Notes under the pieces: generated by a model
Database searches by the model: none
What the model was told of the DNA's origin: nothing
What the model saw: the letters and a program-made list of their open reading frames with translations, nothing else
Source: Oikopleura dioica
Lineage: Eukaryota; Animalia; Chordata
Length of the DNA: 64,000 nucleotides
Assembly: GCA_907165135.1 (NCBI GenBank)
Contig: OU015569.1
Coordinates: forward strand, 5,580,001 to 5,644,000
Direction of reading: 5' to 3'
Shown here: one piece after another, positions 63,571-64,000 of the stretch
Numbering within the stretch: position 1 is the stretch's first letter
Layout of the letters: each line of letters starts with the position of its first letter
Program-made: the position numbers and the translations under genes

Positions 63571-64000
63571 ACTCGAAAAACTGGTGACCCTTATTGACTC
63601 TTGAGTCTGCAAATAAAATGAGGAAGCAATAAAATTCATATTTTCTAAAAAAGAGCGCCATTTAAATCATTACTATATTGCCAAAATAATACATTTCTTT
63701 TATTTAGACTACAATGTAGTGTTTATTTAGATTTATTTCGGCAGTGAGTGTTTTAGTTTATATATATATATATATTGCTTCGAATTCGAGCATTTTTTCA
63801 GCCACGCGATGAGGAAACGTTTTCTGGAAGGTGATTGAAGAACCTCGTTTTTTCATATTTATACATTTTTCTTCGCCACGTGATTTGATGATTGGAATTG
63901 AATAGATAGGTTAGTCGTGAGTCTCAAAAGAAAATTCCGAACTCCAAGGCGCATGATAATTATAGGGTCGTTAGAAGGTGAAGAAACTCATTCCATTTGG

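Overview
This is eukaryotic DNA, almost certainly the larvacean tunicate Oikopleura dioica. The evidence is a match to my recollection of its 40-nt spliced leader (SL), very short introns with some GA-AG/GC-AG boundaries, and co-oriented genes packed like operons. The window holds about 25 multi-exon protein genes: ADAM10, RIOK1, CFAP300, SCO, NTPCR, an RWD+MJ1316 protein, a CLCA-like protein, a Rad9/PCNA-fold clamp, a kelch protein, an EGF-TM protein, ATP synthase gamma, Misato, Sec23, PIP5K1, a SET-less KMT2E-like protein, SmD2, a BTB-BACK protein, a GPCR, Maf, an ankyrin protein and a heme peroxidase. Three structures stand out. (1) A 2.5-kb near-perfect palindrome (10925-13445). Each arm carries a 5S rRNA gene and an SL RNA gene, plus a second copy of the SL upstream element pointing outward at an unannotated ~160-nt candidate RNA. 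The 151-bp centre contains U1-snRNA-like motifs in U1 order. (2) A 1.5-kb hAT element inserted in a CLCA coding exon, whose terminal repeats supply a GT donor and an AG acceptor so that splicing would leave an in-frame 21-nt scar (introner-like). (3) A second hAT element, carrying a 55-bp hairpin satellite, inserted in an exon of the Rad9-like gene. Exon boundaries and family calls were made by eye and from recalled motifs; no database searches were run. Gene spans include introns and some ends are approximate.
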